In this document: positions 48,991-59,131 of the stretch, one piece after another
Numbering within the stretch: the first letter of the stretch is position 1
Layout of the letters: each line of letters starts with the position of its first letter
From: an uncultured Acidobacteriota bacterium
Lineage (GTDB): Bacteria > Acidobacteriota > UBA6911
Direction of reading: 5' to 3'
Assembly (NCBI GenBank): GCA_963809485.1
Contig: CAWEJX010000006.1
Location: 160,001 to 224,000, forward strand
Length of the DNA stretch: 64,000 nucleotides
The notes under the pieces: model-generated
What the model saw: only the letters and a program-made list of their open reading frames with translations
Told to the model about the DNA's origin: nothing
Databases searched by the model: none
Position numbers and translations under genes: made by a program

Positions 48991-50184
48991 ATGGAAAGCA
49001 TGAAGGATAGGGTAGCCATCGTGGGCATGGGGTGCACGCGATTCGGCGAACGTTGGGATATGGGAGTGGAAGATCTTCTGGTGGAGGCTGCCTATGAGGC
49101 GTTCGAGGACGCGGGCATTGGTCCCAAGGATATTCAGGCGGGCTGGATAGGCACCGTGTTTTCCGGCTTGAGCGCAATCACCCTGTCGCCGCTGGGACTA
49201 CAATATATCCCGATGACCCGCGTGGAGAACATGTGCGCCACGGGAACGGAAGCCCTCCGGGCTGCGACCTATGCAATTCTGGCCGGGGCCTGTGACATAG
49301 CTCTGGCCATCGGTGTGGAAAAGCTGAAAGATGCGGGCACGACCGGGGTCAAAGGCCCGGCCATTGTCGGGGACAATCCCGACGGGACATCGGGCGTAGG
49401 GCCCGGGTACAGCGCCCCCGCGTCCTTTGCCTACATGGCGACACGCTACTTCCACGACTACAAGCTCAGCCCCGAGGAAGGCAAAACGCTCCTGGCCGAA
49501 ATAGCCGTGAAGAATCACTACAACGGCAGTCTGAATCCGAAGGCCCACTTCAAGAACCGGCTGAGTGTCGAGCAGGTGGTGAAGGCGCCGATCGTGGCCT
49601 GGCCGCTGGGCCTGTTTGACTGCTGCGGAGTCAGCGACGGCTCTGCGGCAGCCGTCGTGGTGCGCGCGGACCTGGCAAAAAATTTCAAGGCCAATCCCAT
49701 CTATGTCAAAGCCCTGAGCATTTGCGTCGGCGCCCGCCAGGGGGCCATCCGGCAGGATTATGATTTTGTCCACATCGAGGAGAACTTCCGGGCTGCCCGG
49801 AAAGCCTACGAAATGGCCGGGATCAAAGACCCGCGCAAGGAAATCAGCTGTGCCGAAGTGCACGACTGCTTCACGATTCACGAGATGATCGTGTACGAAG
49901 ACCTGGGGTTCAGCCCGAGAGGGAAGGCCGGCGAGGATGTGAAAGCCGGTACGTTCACCCTTCAGGGCGAACTGCCCGTGAACACCGACGGCGGGCTCAA
50001 GTGCTTCGGGCATCCTTTGGGCGCGAGCGGGCTGCGCATGCTGTACGAGGTATACAACCAGCTTCAGGAGAAGGCGGGCCCTCGGCAAGTGAAGAATCCG
50101 CGGCTGGGGCTGACCCACAACCTGGGAGGCAATGCGGGGACAGGGATCGGCAGCATCTGCATCGTCGGCAACGAGAAAGGCTAA
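48991..50184 (+). CDS. Thiolase, SCP2/archaeal type
   Basis: VENMCATG, AEVHDCF, NTDGGL, GHPLGASG, HNLGG. Confidence 0.93.
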   Translation: MESMKDRVAIVGMGCTRFGERWDMGVEDLLVEAAYEAFEDAGIGPKDIQAGWIGTVFSGLSAITLSPLGLQYIPMTRVENMCATGTEALRAATYAILAGACDIALAIGVEKLKDAGTTGVKGPAIVGDNPDGTSGVGPGYSAPASFAYMATRYFHDYKLSPEEGKTLLAEIAVKNHYNGSLNPKAHFKNRLSVEQVVKAPIVAWPLGLFDCCGVSDGSAAAVVVRADLAKNFKANPIYVKALSICVGARQGAIRQDYDFVHIEENFRAARKAYEMAGIKDPRKEISCAEVHDCFTIHEMIVYEDLGFSPRGKAGEDVKAGTFTLQGELPVNTDGGLKCFGHPLGASGLRMLYEVYNQLQEKAGPRQVKNPRLGLTHNLGGNAGTGIGSICIVGNEKG

Positions 50185-50190
50185 AGGCTC

Positions 50191-50592
50191 ATGTTAAAGA
50201 AGCTGCGTCATATCGGGGTCATGGTCGGGAATTTCGACCAGGCGATTCAACAGTTCACCGGCTTCGGCCTCACCTGTTCCGAAATCAAAGAAGATAAGAA
50301 AATCGATCTCCAGGTAGGCTTCCTGTCGATCGGGGACACCGCAATCGAGATCCTGCATCACACGAAGCCGGACAGAGGCGACAACCTCATGTCCAGCGTA
50401 GTGCGGGGCCAGAAAGGGACCATCAATCACCTCTGCTTCGAGGTCGATGACCTGGATGCATCCATCAGGGATTTTGAGCGGAACGGAGCCAGAATTATCG
50501 AGGGCTGCCCCCGGCCGGGAGCCCACGGCCGGATCGCATTCTTCTATCCGGAGACGACCGGGGGCGTTTTGATCGAGCTTTGCGAATTGTGA
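50191..50592 (+). CDS. VOC family protein, methylmalonyl-CoA epimerase-like
   Basis: HIGV, IEIL, NHLCFEV, GAHG, GVLIEL. Confidence 0.85.
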   Translation: MLKKLRHIGVMVGNFDQAIQQFTGFGLTCSEIKEDKKIDLQVGFLSIGDTAIEILHHTKPDRGDNLMSSVVRGQKGTINHLCFEVDDLDASIRDFERNGARIIEGCPRPGAHGRIAFFYPETTGGVLIELCEL

Positions 50593-50631
50593 GGAATCGG
50601 CGCGGCCGCAGGAATCAGGAAGGGAATTGCT

Positions 50632-51033
50632 ATGATTAAGAAGTTTGATCATGTAGCCATGGTGGTGAGGGACTCCGAAAAAACCGTCCGCCTGCTTTCG
50701 AGCCTGTTTGGATTTGAAGCTGTCGAGTCCCGCGCCAATCCGGAAGGGGGATTCAAATCGACCTTGATATCCAAGTCGGATGTGACGCTCGAGCTGATTG
50801 AACCTACGGGGCCGCAAGGGCCGATACAGAGTTTTATCGAGAAGCGCGGAGGCGGACTGCACCACGTTTCCATCCAGGTGACCGATCTGGACGAAGAAAT
50901 GGCGCGCCTGCGTTCGCGCGGCGCTCAATTCGTAAGCAACGAACCCGTGCAGGTCACGGAAGACACACGGGTCGTTTTCATTCATCCGAAATCCACCGAT
51001 GGGTTGATGGTTGAGCTCATCGAGAGGAAGTAA
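50632..51033 (+). CDS. VOC family protein, methylmalonyl-CoA epimerase-like
   Basis: DHVA, LELIEP, GGGLHHV, FIHPKSTDGLMVEL. Confidence 0.88.
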   Translation: MIKKFDHVAMVVRDSEKTVRLLSSLFGFEAVESRANPEGGFKSTLISKSDVTLELIEPTGPQGPIQSFIEKRGGGLHHVSIQVTDLDEEMARLRSRGAQFVSNEPVQVTEDTRVVFIHPKSTDGLMVELIERK

Positions 51034-51040
51034 TCCGCGC

Positions 51041-51084
51041 GCAGGGGCAGCCGGAAGGCGCGCCGCCTTCCGGCCGCCCCCTGC
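51041..51084. terminator. GC-rich hairpin between convergent genes (REP-like; related to 11899-11928)
   Basis: gcaggggcagccggaaggcg / cgccttccggccgccccctgc. Confidence 0.55.
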
Positions 51085-51112
51085 AAAGAAGGAACAGTCT
51101 CTTTTCCGCGAT

Positions 51113-52258
51113 TCAGAGAAACGCTTCCATCAGGTTTGAGATGACCTCGTCCAGGCTGCCGGGATTCTCAGTTTCAATACGGTTTAAAATCCGGTCCACG
51201 CGTATCCTGAGATCGGGATTCGCCAGATCGCTCAGGGACCGGTAATATCCGGCTCTTCTGCCGAGGCGGAAATTGTCCCTCTCGGATTTTGGCAGCGATA
51301 GGTACCGGTCAATAGTTGCCAGCATTCGCTCTTTGGCTTCCGGGAAAGTCCCTTCCAGCTCTTCCAGCAGATTGAGGATGTGGTCGCTGGCGAATTGACT
51401 GGTGATGCCATCCAGGTTCTCGATCAGCAGCTTCTCCTCGGCTATGATCTCATCGTCGCTCAGGAGCTCCATCTCCCCAGACTCAATTTTCCGATACAGC
51501 GGCATGATCTTCAGGGCTTTAAGCGTCCGGACACGGATAAAATCGGGATTGATCCGGCTGAGAACCCTGGCCGTTTCCACGGCATGCTCCTTCCACATCG
51601 ATTTTCCCCCGAGGCCGGGCATGATGTATTCCGACAGCGAGATCCCCGCTTCTTTCACTTTCCGGCCCGCCTCGATATGCTCCCGGGCGGTTACGCCCTT
51701 CTGCACGTATTTCAGGAGCGGGTCATAGCCGGATTCCAATCCAATGTGGATTCTCAAAAGACCAGCGCCGTGCAGATCCCGAAGCTCCTCAACGGATTTG
51801 CGGGAAACCGTCCTGGCCCTCGAGTAGGTCGTTACCCTTTGTACCGAAGGGAAAACCTCTTTGAGGTAATGGAGAATCTCCACCAGATCTTTCGTGCGAA
51901 GGACAAGATTGTTGGCATCCTGCAGAAATACGTTCCTGGCGCCCGTATAAAGCCAGAGAAGCACGCTCCGGTATCCTTCCGGATATTGAAGCGGACGGTT
52001 CAAAACCGAGCCGGCAAACTCCGACGTGATTTTCCCTCCCAGCCCCTGATGCCAGGATAAGGATGTGATTTCCGAGACGATCTCCCGGATTGCCTCGATA
52101 TCTTTTTTTACTTCTTCGACGGTGCGCAAACTGAAACGCTGGCCTTTGTAAATATGGCAGAATTCACATTGATTCCACGAACAATTGCGCGTGACCCTGA
52201 GCAAAAGGCTGTGTGCCTCGCTTGGCGGCCGAATTGGGCCCTGTTCAATAGCTGGCAT
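51113..52258 (-). CDS. Radical SAM protein
   Basis: CSWNQCEFC cluster motif after IRPPSEA; GLESG. Confidence 0.9.
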   Translation of the reverse strand: MPAIEQGPIRPPSEAHSLLLRVTRNCSWNQCEFCHIYKGQRFSLRTVEEVKKDIEAIREIVSEITSLSWHQGLGGKITSEFAGSVLNRPLQYPEGYRSVLLWLYTGARNVFLQDANNLVLRTKDLVEILHYLKEVFPSVQRVTTYSRARTVSRKSVEELRDLHGAGLLRIHIGLESGYDPLLKYVQKGVTAREHIEAGRKVKEAGISLSEYIMPGLGGKSMWKEHAVETARVLSRINPDFIRVRTLKALKIMPLYRKIESGEMELLSDDEIIAEEKLLIENLDGITSQFASDHILNLLEELEGTFPEAKERMLATIDRYLSLPKSERDNFRLGRRAGYYRSLSDLANPDLRIRVDRILNRIETENPGSLDEVISNLMEAFL

Positions 52259-52382
52259 AAATGTCTCGAACTCTCGTTAAAAAGAATAATTGTAGCATAG
52301 CGGCTCGCGGCGCCCTGAATGCCCGTGCGCTCTCAGGGCAGGTTTTTGGGCAAAATACAAGGCCGTCTTTGGGCCCGGTTGT

Positions 52383-53540
52383 CTACCTGAAATTTAGCCT
52401 GAGGTGAACAATCTCTGGGCGATTTCCTATGCGCACGGGAGGGCCCCAGGTGCCTACCCCGTTGGAAACGTAAAATTGCGTGCCGGCAATTTTCTTGTAG
52501 CCCCAGGGAAGCTCGTACACCGCATCTACGATGTAATTGACCGGCCAGAGCTGTCCCGCGTGAGTGTGACCCGACAACTGCAGATCGACGCCCTGTCCGA
52601 CGGCTTCCTCGAGCCCGAAGGGTTGATGATCCATCAAAATCACGGGATAGCTTCTGTCGACGCCCGCCATGAGTTCGGCAAGCGACTTTCGCTGGCGCCC
52701 GCCAAATCGGTTGCAGGACCGGTCTTCCCGGCCCACAATAAAAACCGTATCGCCGACCTTTACGCTCTGATCGCGCAGCACGGTGATGTTGTGCTCGGTC
52801 AGGTAAGCACAAGCTTCCTCAGCTCCGCCGATGTACTCATGATTGCCCGTTACGGCGTAGATACCCAGCCGCGAACGGATGCTTCGGAGCGCTTCGCCCA
52901 GATTTTGCTTGATGACAGGATGCAAATCCTCATCGACGATATCTCCCGGAAGAAGGACCAGGTCCGGATCCAGGCGGTTGATTCTGTCGACGATCTGATC
53001 GATGCGGGATCGGCCCACAATGGTGCCCAGATGTATATCCGAAACCGCAACGACATCGAGACTTTCCAGCCGTGCGGACTTTCTCGCCAGGGACAGGCTG
53101 ATGTTTTTTTCCCGCGGCATTACGGCATTGATGTGTCCGGCCAGCATCAAAAATCCCACCAGACCCGTAATCCCGGCCAGAATCAGGTATTTTGCCTGGG
53201 AGTAATTGTTGGTTACGGCTGAAGGGAAAAACGGGAGAAAATGGTTGACCATGCGCATCACATCTAGTGCTGCAGCCGCCATCAGAAAATAGAGCATGGC
53301 CGCAATCCAGAACGATCCTATCCATATAAAGAGATCGGAAAGAGCCGAAGACAGAACATTTTCCAGCATCCTCCCGCCTACGAAGGAAAGTGCAACAGTC
53401 CAGAAGACGATTGCATACGCATGCCGGAGACTGGAATCCGCAGGTATGGACTGCAGTCCCCGAATGTAGATGTAGAAGCTGAACAGCCCCATTATTCCGA
53501 AAAAAACGCCGAAGAACAGAATTTGCATTGGTAGTCTCAT
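52383..53540 (-). CDS. Membrane metallophosphoesterase (YkuE-like)
   Basis: Four N-terminal TMs; SDIHLG, GDIVD, GNHE, SGHTHAGQ. Confidence 0.92.
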   Translation of the reverse strand: MRLPMQILFFGVFFGIMGLFSFYIYIRGLQSIPADSSLRHAYAIVFWTVALSFVGGRMLENVLSSALSDLFIWIGSFWIAAMLYFLMAAAALDVMRMVNHFLPFFPSAVTNNYSQAKYLILAGITGLVGFLMLAGHINAVMPREKNISLSLARKSARLESLDVVAVSDIHLGTIVGRSRIDQIVDRINRLDPDLVLLPGDIVDEDLHPVIKQNLGEALRSIRSRLGIYAVTGNHEYIGGAEEACAYLTEHNITVLRDQSVKVGDTVFIVGREDRSCNRFGGRQRKSLAELMAGVDRSYPVILMDHQPFGLEEAVGQGVDLQLSGHTHAGQLWPVNYIVDAVYELPWGYKKIAGTQFYVSNGVGTWGPPVRIGNRPEIVHLRLNFR

Positions 53541-53671
53541 GGCAGGAGTCTACCCCAGGTGCACCTTGGCTGCGGCAGAAAATGCGGACGAAAGTTTCCT
53601 GCAGCGGTGCGATGGTTTCGCCGGTTAAGATTTGAAAAACAGGAAGCCAGAAGCAAGAAGCTGCTGATTAA

Positions 53672-53892
53672 ATTGGTAAACCCCCCGGCTTTGATGGGGG
53701 ACTAAAAGAGTTTGACAGCTCCGTATTTTGAAACGCTGAGAAACGCTGATAAAAGCGCTGACAAACGCCGATTTGTTCGGCGAGGGTCGGCCTTTCCCCG
53801 CGTAAGTCAGCGTTCAAGACCGGCGTAACCCGTCCAACCGCTTTGAGCGGTTCAAATCTTACAAGCCTCCGGCTTTGCCGGAGGTACCTGAC
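53672..53892 (+). mobile_element. IS200/IS605-derived non-autonomous element (copy D, minimal)
   Basis: Same ends and core as copies B and C; preceded by TTAA. Confidence 0.8.
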
Positions 53893-53917
53893 TTATTCCT
53901 ACCGGCTTCTTAGTGAT

Positions 53918-54922
53918 CTATTTCCGGATACAAATCTTTCCGAAGTGCCCGCCGGTTTCCATGAGGCGGAAGGCTTCCGGGACCTCATCAAATCCGAATG
54001 TCCGGTGGATGACGGGATGCAGTCCGTGAAGTGCGATGGCGGCGTTCATTTCCGAAAACATGTCGCGCGAGCCTACAAAGATGCCCTGGACACGAATGTT
54101 GTTCATGAGGACCGGAACAAGGTTTGCCTCGGTCCCGGGCGCCAGCGCGCCGATGAGGCAGAGGGTCCCCCCGCGTCTGACGGCTGAAATCGATTGGTTA
54201 AAGGTCCCGGAGCCGCCCAATTCCACAACCAGATCGACACCGCGTCCCGCTGTCAGCTGCCGGGCACGCTTTCCCCAGTCGGATTCCTTTTTATAGTTAA
54301 TGATTTCGCCGGCGCCCAGTTCCCTGGCTTTGGCCAGTTTTTCGTCACTGCCGGATGTTATCAGGACCCGCGCGCCGCTCAGCAGAGCGAACTGGAGGGC
54401 AAAAATGGAAACTCCGCCGGTACCGAGCGTGAGCACGGTATCGCCCGGCTTTACCTTTCCCTCTGTCACAATTGCGTGCCAGGCGGTCAGCGCGGCGCAG
54501 GGCAGGGTAGCCGCCTCTGCGTAGCTCAGATGATCCGGCATGGGGAGGACGCCTTCCTCGTGAAGCACAACATATTCTGCCAGAACCCCGTCGCGACCTG
54601 CCCCCAGAGCCGTTCTGGCTTTTTCATCCGTAGCTTCGCCGGAAACCCATCGTTCGAAAAAGGTGTTGGCGACCCGGTCTCCCGCCTTGAAATTTTTCAC
54701 CCCGGATCCTACGGCGGCAATTTCGCCGGTGCCGTCGGACAGGGGCACCTGGGGCAGTTTCAGACGCGGATTGTAGCGTCCGGTCACCGTCATCAGGTCG
54801 CGGTAGTTCAGGGACCAGGCATGCATTTTGATCAGGACCTGATGGGCTTCAGGCTCCGGAATCGGGCGGTCCACGACAGCCAGCCCGTCCAGCCCGAATT
54901 TTTGAAGCTCGTATGCTTTCAT
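53918..54922 (-). CDS. NAD(P)-dependent alcohol dehydrogenase, MDR family
   Basis: SLNYRD, PLSDG, PCAALTAW, GTGGVS, HFGKI. Confidence 0.92.
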   Translation of the reverse strand: MKAYELQKFGLDGLAVVDRPIPEPEAHQVLIKMHAWSLNYRDLMTVTGRYNPRLKLPQVPLSDGTGEIAAVGSGVKNFKAGDRVANTFFERWVSGEATDEKARTALGAGRDGVLAEYVVLHEEGVLPMPDHLSYAEAATLPCAALTAWHAIVTEGKVKPGDTVLTLGTGGVSIFALQFALLSGARVLITSGSDEKLAKARELGAGEIINYKKESDWGKRARQLTAGRGVDLVVELGGSGTFNQSISAVRRGGTLCLIGALAPGTEANLVPVLMNNIRVQGIFVGSRDMFSEMNAAIALHGLHPVIHRTFGFDEVPEAFRLMETGGHFGKICIRK

Positions 54923-55307
54923 AATCGATCCTTTCCAGGTATCTGCACCGGCTGTGACGATCGTCACACTGAATGGCCAAACCTCATTCTAGAATGAATT
55001 TAGCGACAAGAAAACGACTTACCGAAATAAACAATCGGAGGCAGTTATGGGAATTTGCCCGCATATGCGGGCACGTTTCCGGACTGCCGGGGGATGGCCG
55101 GGATTGCGCAAGGAGATCCGGGCTATCCCCCAGCCGTTTTTTTTGGTGCCTTTCCGCCGGGCATGTCCGTTCTGTTTCGCCGCAAATCCGCTTTCGTAAT
55201 CTTTGGCCCAGTTCATGGTTTTGTTCACTACCATCAAAAATTTTGAGCTTGCTTTATCAGGGGATTCGGGGATAGATATAGGAAAAATTCTCCCCGGAGA
55301 TCCTCAG

Positions 55308-56966
55308 ATGGAAAAGGCATCCATGCGAGTTTTGCTGGTGGGTGTCGGTTCGCCCGATGCCCGCCATCTGCAGAAGCAGTTGCATGGAATCGGGTGCGCA
55401 ATATCTGACATCGTATGTGTCAACCGGCAGCGCAGGGCTCTGGATCGGCTTGGCGATGAGGAGTTCGATATTGTGCTGCTCAACATTTCGGCTCGGAGCA
55501 CTTTTGAACCGGGCATCGTAACAAGTTTAAGACGAAAATGGCCCTATATCCCCATAGTGGGTTTGATTGGATCCGGCGATGATCCCGGGATTAAGGCCCG
55601 GCAAAACAGCTTGTGGGAGGGCCTGGTCGAAAGCCGTACCGATCCGCAGGCGATCTTGCGCGCCATCCGCTACGCCATCCGGCAGAAATGGTACGAGGAC
55701 GCTTTGCGCGACAGCGAGGAGCGATTCCGCCTGGCCTGCGAAACCTCCCGTTCCATGGTTTATGACATTGATGCCAATAGCGGCCGTGCCATCCTGGTCC
55801 AAGGGCTTCCTCTCTTGCTGGGGTATGGTCCGGAGGAAGAACTGCAAAGCCGGGAATGGTGGTTCGCTCAGATTCATGCGGATGATGTAAGGGAAGTCCG
55901 GCGCATGCTGCAGGAGGCAAGGAGACGAGGGGAAGATTACCACCTTCAATACAGGGTCCGCCACAGGGACGGATCCTGCCTTTTCGTGGAAGATGCCGGG
56001 CGATATATTGAAGATGCGAAGCGGCAAATAATTCGGGCTGTCGGGAGCGTTGTCGATGTTACCCAGCGCAAGCGGGCGGAGGAGGCTTTGCGCCGGAGCG
56101 AGCACCAGTATCACGACCTTGCGGAGCAGCTTGAAAAGAGAGTGGAACAGAGAACGGCGGACCTGGTCAAGCGCAGCCGTCAGCTTCATGCCCTGGCGGC
56201 TCAGCTGACGCAGGCAGAAGAACACGAACGGAAGCGCCTGGCGCAAGCCATTCACGACAACCTCCAGCAATTGCTGGTCGGCGCCAAGTTTTGCGCGGAA
56301 ACTCTTGCAGGCGAAATTCCCGGCAATGCCCGGCGGGAAATAGTGCGGCGGTTAAGTCAATTCCTGAATGATGCCATCGCAAGCTCGCGCTCGCTCGCCT
56401 TCGAGTTGAGTCCACCCTTGCTCCATAGTGCCGGGCTGGCAAGGTCGCTGCACTGGCTCGCACGGCACATGGAAACGAAACACGATCTGAGAGTGGAGGT
56501 GAACGCCGATGATCATGCCAATCCGGCAGATGAAGACTTGGGCAGTCTCCTTTTCCAGTCTGTGCGTGAACTGCTGTTCAATGTCGTGAAGCACGCGCAG
56601 GTGCGGACGGTGGAACTTGAAATGAGCCGCTTTGATACGGATTTTGTGAGAATTACGGTTACCGATGCCGGAGTGGGTTTTGACCCGGGACAATTGCGGG
56701 AAGATACCCAGCAGGGCTTCGGGCTCAATAGTATCCGCGGGCGGCTCGACCTGGTGGGTGGAAAACTGGAAATAAACAGCGCTGCCGGCAGCGGATGCCG
56801 TATTACCCTGATGGCGCCGCTGGGCAGGCTCGAAGCGGCGGAAGGGGCAACGAAAGGCGCGGGCCGGGGCGCCGTCGAGCCGTCCAGACCCCGCGGCGAG
56901 CTTTTGCGCGCCGGCCGCAAAAAACAGGCTCCCGATCAGGATAAGACCTCCATCAAGTCCAATTGA
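55308..56966 (+). CDS. PAS sensor histidine kinase (HisKA_3) with degenerate N-terminal receiver
   Basis: PAS (IHADD, YRVRHRDG), ERKRLAQAIHD, ELLFNVVKHA, DAGVGF, GFGL. Confidence 0.9.
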   Translation: MEKASMRVLLVGVGSPDARHLQKQLHGIGCAISDIVCVNRQRRALDRLGDEEFDIVLLNISARSTFEPGIVTSLRRKWPYIPIVGLIGSGDDPGIKARQNSLWEGLVESRTDPQAILRAIRYAIRQKWYEDALRDSEERFRLACETSRSMVYDIDANSGRAILVQGLPLLLGYGPEEELQSREWWFAQIHADDVREVRRMLQEARRRGEDYHLQYRVRHRDGSCLFVEDAGRYIEDAKRQIIRAVGSVVDVTQRKRAEEALRRSEHQYHDLAEQLEKRVEQRTADLVKRSRQLHALAAQLTQAEEHERKRLAQAIHDNLQQLLVGAKFCAETLAGEIPGNARREIVRRLSQFLNDAIASSRSLAFELSPPLLHSAGLARSLHWLARHMETKHDLRVEVNADDHANPADEDLGSLLFQSVRELLFNVVKHAQVRTVELEMSRFDTDFVRITVTDAGVGFDPGQLREDTQQGFGLNSIRGRLDLVGGKLEINSAAGSGCRITLMAPLGRLEAAEGATKGAGRGAVEPSRPRGELLRAGRKKQAPDQDKTSIKSN

Positions 56967-57203
56967 CAGTCAGCAAAGCCGGCGGACTCGCGGAGTTTGG
57001 AATCTCCGGGCTCATACTGCGCTGACAGACACCGATACCACAGGCAAATGCCGGCGAATTTCCGCGGTCGAAAGCCGAGGATCTCATCCAGTCGCTTTGA
57101 ACGGTATTCCATCGGAGGTTGATGCCCTCGGTCAAATTGTGGCGCACTCCTGTTTTTGTGTTCCGGCGGAATCGCGGTCAACCGCCCTCCGATCGTTTTC
57201 ACC

Positions 57204-57232
57204 TTGAACCGGGGCTCCTAATGACTTATAAA
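57204..57232 (+). promoter_or_regulatory. Putative sigma70 promoter of ilvC
   Basis: TTGAAC-N17-TATAAA. Confidence 0.5.
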
Positions 57233-57288
57233 AAACCTTTTATGTATTGATTTGGGTGCACACTATAACGAGACGGAGGAAAGCCATA

Positions 57289-58389
57289 ATGGCCTTAATC
57301 GACTTTGGAGGTACAAAAGAACAGGTAGTGACCCGCAAGGAGTTCCCCATGACCAGGGCGCGCAAGGCGCTCAAGGGCGAGACAATCGCCGTGATCGGCT
57401 ATGGCGTCCAGGGCCCCGCGCAGGCTCTGAACATGAAGGATAACGGGTTCAAGGTCATCATCGGTCAGTCCAGGCAGTTTCGAAAGGACTGGGATCGTGC
57501 CAGGAAAGACGGCTGGGTGCCCGGCAAGGACCTCTTTGATATCGCGGAAGCCTGCGAACGTGGAACCATCATTGAAATGCTTGTGTCGGATGCGGCGCAG
57601 AGGGCCATCTGGCCTTTGATGAAGCATCATCTCACGGCCGGCAAAGCTCTTTATTTTTCGCACGGATTTTCGATTGCCTACAAAAAGCTGACTCAAGTCA
57701 TCCCTCCCAAGGATGTCGATGTCATTATGGTCGCTCCTAAAGGATCGGGCACGTCTCTGCGCCGCAATTTCCTCTCCGGCGCGGGGATCAACTCGAGTTT
57801 TGCCATAGAGCAGGACGCCACGGGTCGCGCCCGGGAGAGATGTCTCGCACTGGGCATCGCGATCGGTTCCGGATACCTGTTCCCCACGACCTTCCGCAAT
57901 GAAGTCTTCAGCGACCTTACCGGGGAACGGGGCGTTCTCATGGGCGCCATAGCGGGCGTGATGGAAGCCCAGTATGACGTGCTCAGGAAGCACGGGCACA
58001 GCCCCAGCGAGGCTTTCAACGAAACCGTCGAAGAATTTACAGAAAGCCTGATACGGCTGGTCGCGGAAAACGGCATGGACTGGATGTATGCCAACTGCTC
58101 CGCCACCGCCCAGCGCGGCGCGCTTGACTGGAAGCCCAAGTTCAAAAAGGCGGTGAAGCCCGTATTCGACGCGCTCTACAAGAGGGTGGCTTCGGGTGAA
58201 GAGACGAAGCGTGTCCTGACCAGTTGCGGCAAGCCGGACTACCAGCAGCAGCTCACCAAAGAGCTGAATGTCATGGCCAATTCGGAAATGTGGCTGGCCG
58301 GAAAAGCCACCCGGGCCCTGCGTCCCAAGGAGCCGGCGAAGAAATTCATCGGCACCGCGAAGGGCACTTACGGCAGGGCGTCCAACTGA
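57289..58389 (+). CDS. ilvC: Ketol-acid reductoisomerase
   Basis: GYGVQG, SHGF, APKGSG, SDLTGERGVLMG, NCSATAQRGA. Confidence 0.95.
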   Translation: MALIDFGGTKEQVVTRKEFPMTRARKALKGETIAVIGYGVQGPAQALNMKDNGFKVIIGQSRQFRKDWDRARKDGWVPGKDLFDIAEACERGTIIEMLVSDAAQRAIWPLMKHHLTAGKALYFSHGFSIAYKKLTQVIPPKDVDVIMVAPKGSGTSLRRNFLSGAGINSSFAIEQDATGRARERCLALGIAIGSGYLFPTTFRNEVFSDLTGERGVLMGAIAGVMEAQYDVLRKHGHSPSEAFNETVEEFTESLIRLVAENGMDWMYANCSATAQRGALDWKPKFKKAVKPVFDALYKRVASGEETKRVLTSCGKPDYQQQLTKELNVMANSEMWLAGKATRALRPKEPAKKFIGTAKGTYGRASN

Positions 58390-58480
58390 TTTCTGATTTG
58401 CGGTTGGCGATTGGCCAATAATGGGTCATATTTATCGAGGCAAATGTTGGAGTGGAGGGTTTGTCTTTGGGAGGAAAACC

Positions 58481-58690
58481 ATGAAAACCGGTGCGAGAAA
58501 CAGCTTCGAGGCGACGGTCCAATCCATAAAGAGCGACGAGATAATGTCGCTCGTAAAATTTGATGTCAAGGCTCCCCACGAAATGGCCTCCGTCCTGACA
58601 ACGGAATCGGTGAAAGACATGAACCTTAAGGTCGGCGACAAAATCCTGCTGATCGTTAAGGCGATTCACGTCCTGCCGGTCAAGGAGTAA
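58481..58690 (+). CDS. TOBE/Mop molybdate-binding protein
   Basis: GARN...SVLTTESV...L.VGD...KA. Confidence 0.85.
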   Translation: MKTGARNSFEATVQSIKSDEIMSLVKFDVKAPHEMASVLTTESVKDMNLKVGDKILLIVKAIHVLPVKE

Positions 58691-58701
58691 AGCGAATCCA
58701 G

Positions 58702-59070
58702 ATGACAGGTCATTCGGAGATCCAGGGGATCCGCGGTTCCACCGTGATCGTGATCAACAACGACGGGATGGGTTGCGCCGAAGAACCATTGCGGCATAAG
58801 CTCCTGGGTATTTATCTGGGCATGCTCCGGGCCAACGAGTCCTACCCCGGAGCCATCTGCTTTTACGCGGCGGGAGTCAAAATGGCGGTCGAGGATTCCC
58901 CCGTGCTGGAAGAGTTGCGCGAACTTGAGGCCAAGGGAGTGCGCCTTATAGTCTGCCGCACGTGCCTCCAGTATTACGGCTTGACCGAAAAGGCAGCCGC
59001 CGGTGCGATCGGAGGCATGAACGACATCGTTCAGGCCCAGCGGACGGCAAGCAAAGTAATCACCTTATAA
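58702..59070 (+). CDS. DsrE/YedF-like sulfur-relay protein
   Basis: GVK...CRTCLQYYGL...GGMNDI. Confidence 0.8.
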   Translation: MTGHSEIQGIRGSTVIVINNDGMGCAEEPLRHKLLGIYLGMLRANESYPGAICFYAAGVKMAVEDSPVLEELRELEAKGVRLIVCRTCLQYYGLTEKAAAGAIGGMNDIVQAQRTASKVITL

Positions 59071-59131
59071 AACATTCGAGATTCGAAATTCGAAATTTAA
59101 TGCCGAATCTCGAATTTCGATTCCCGAATCC

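Noticed and set aside
58390-58480. Moco riboswitch or ModE box before the TOBE gene
   Set aside because: Region is short and no consensus could be identified
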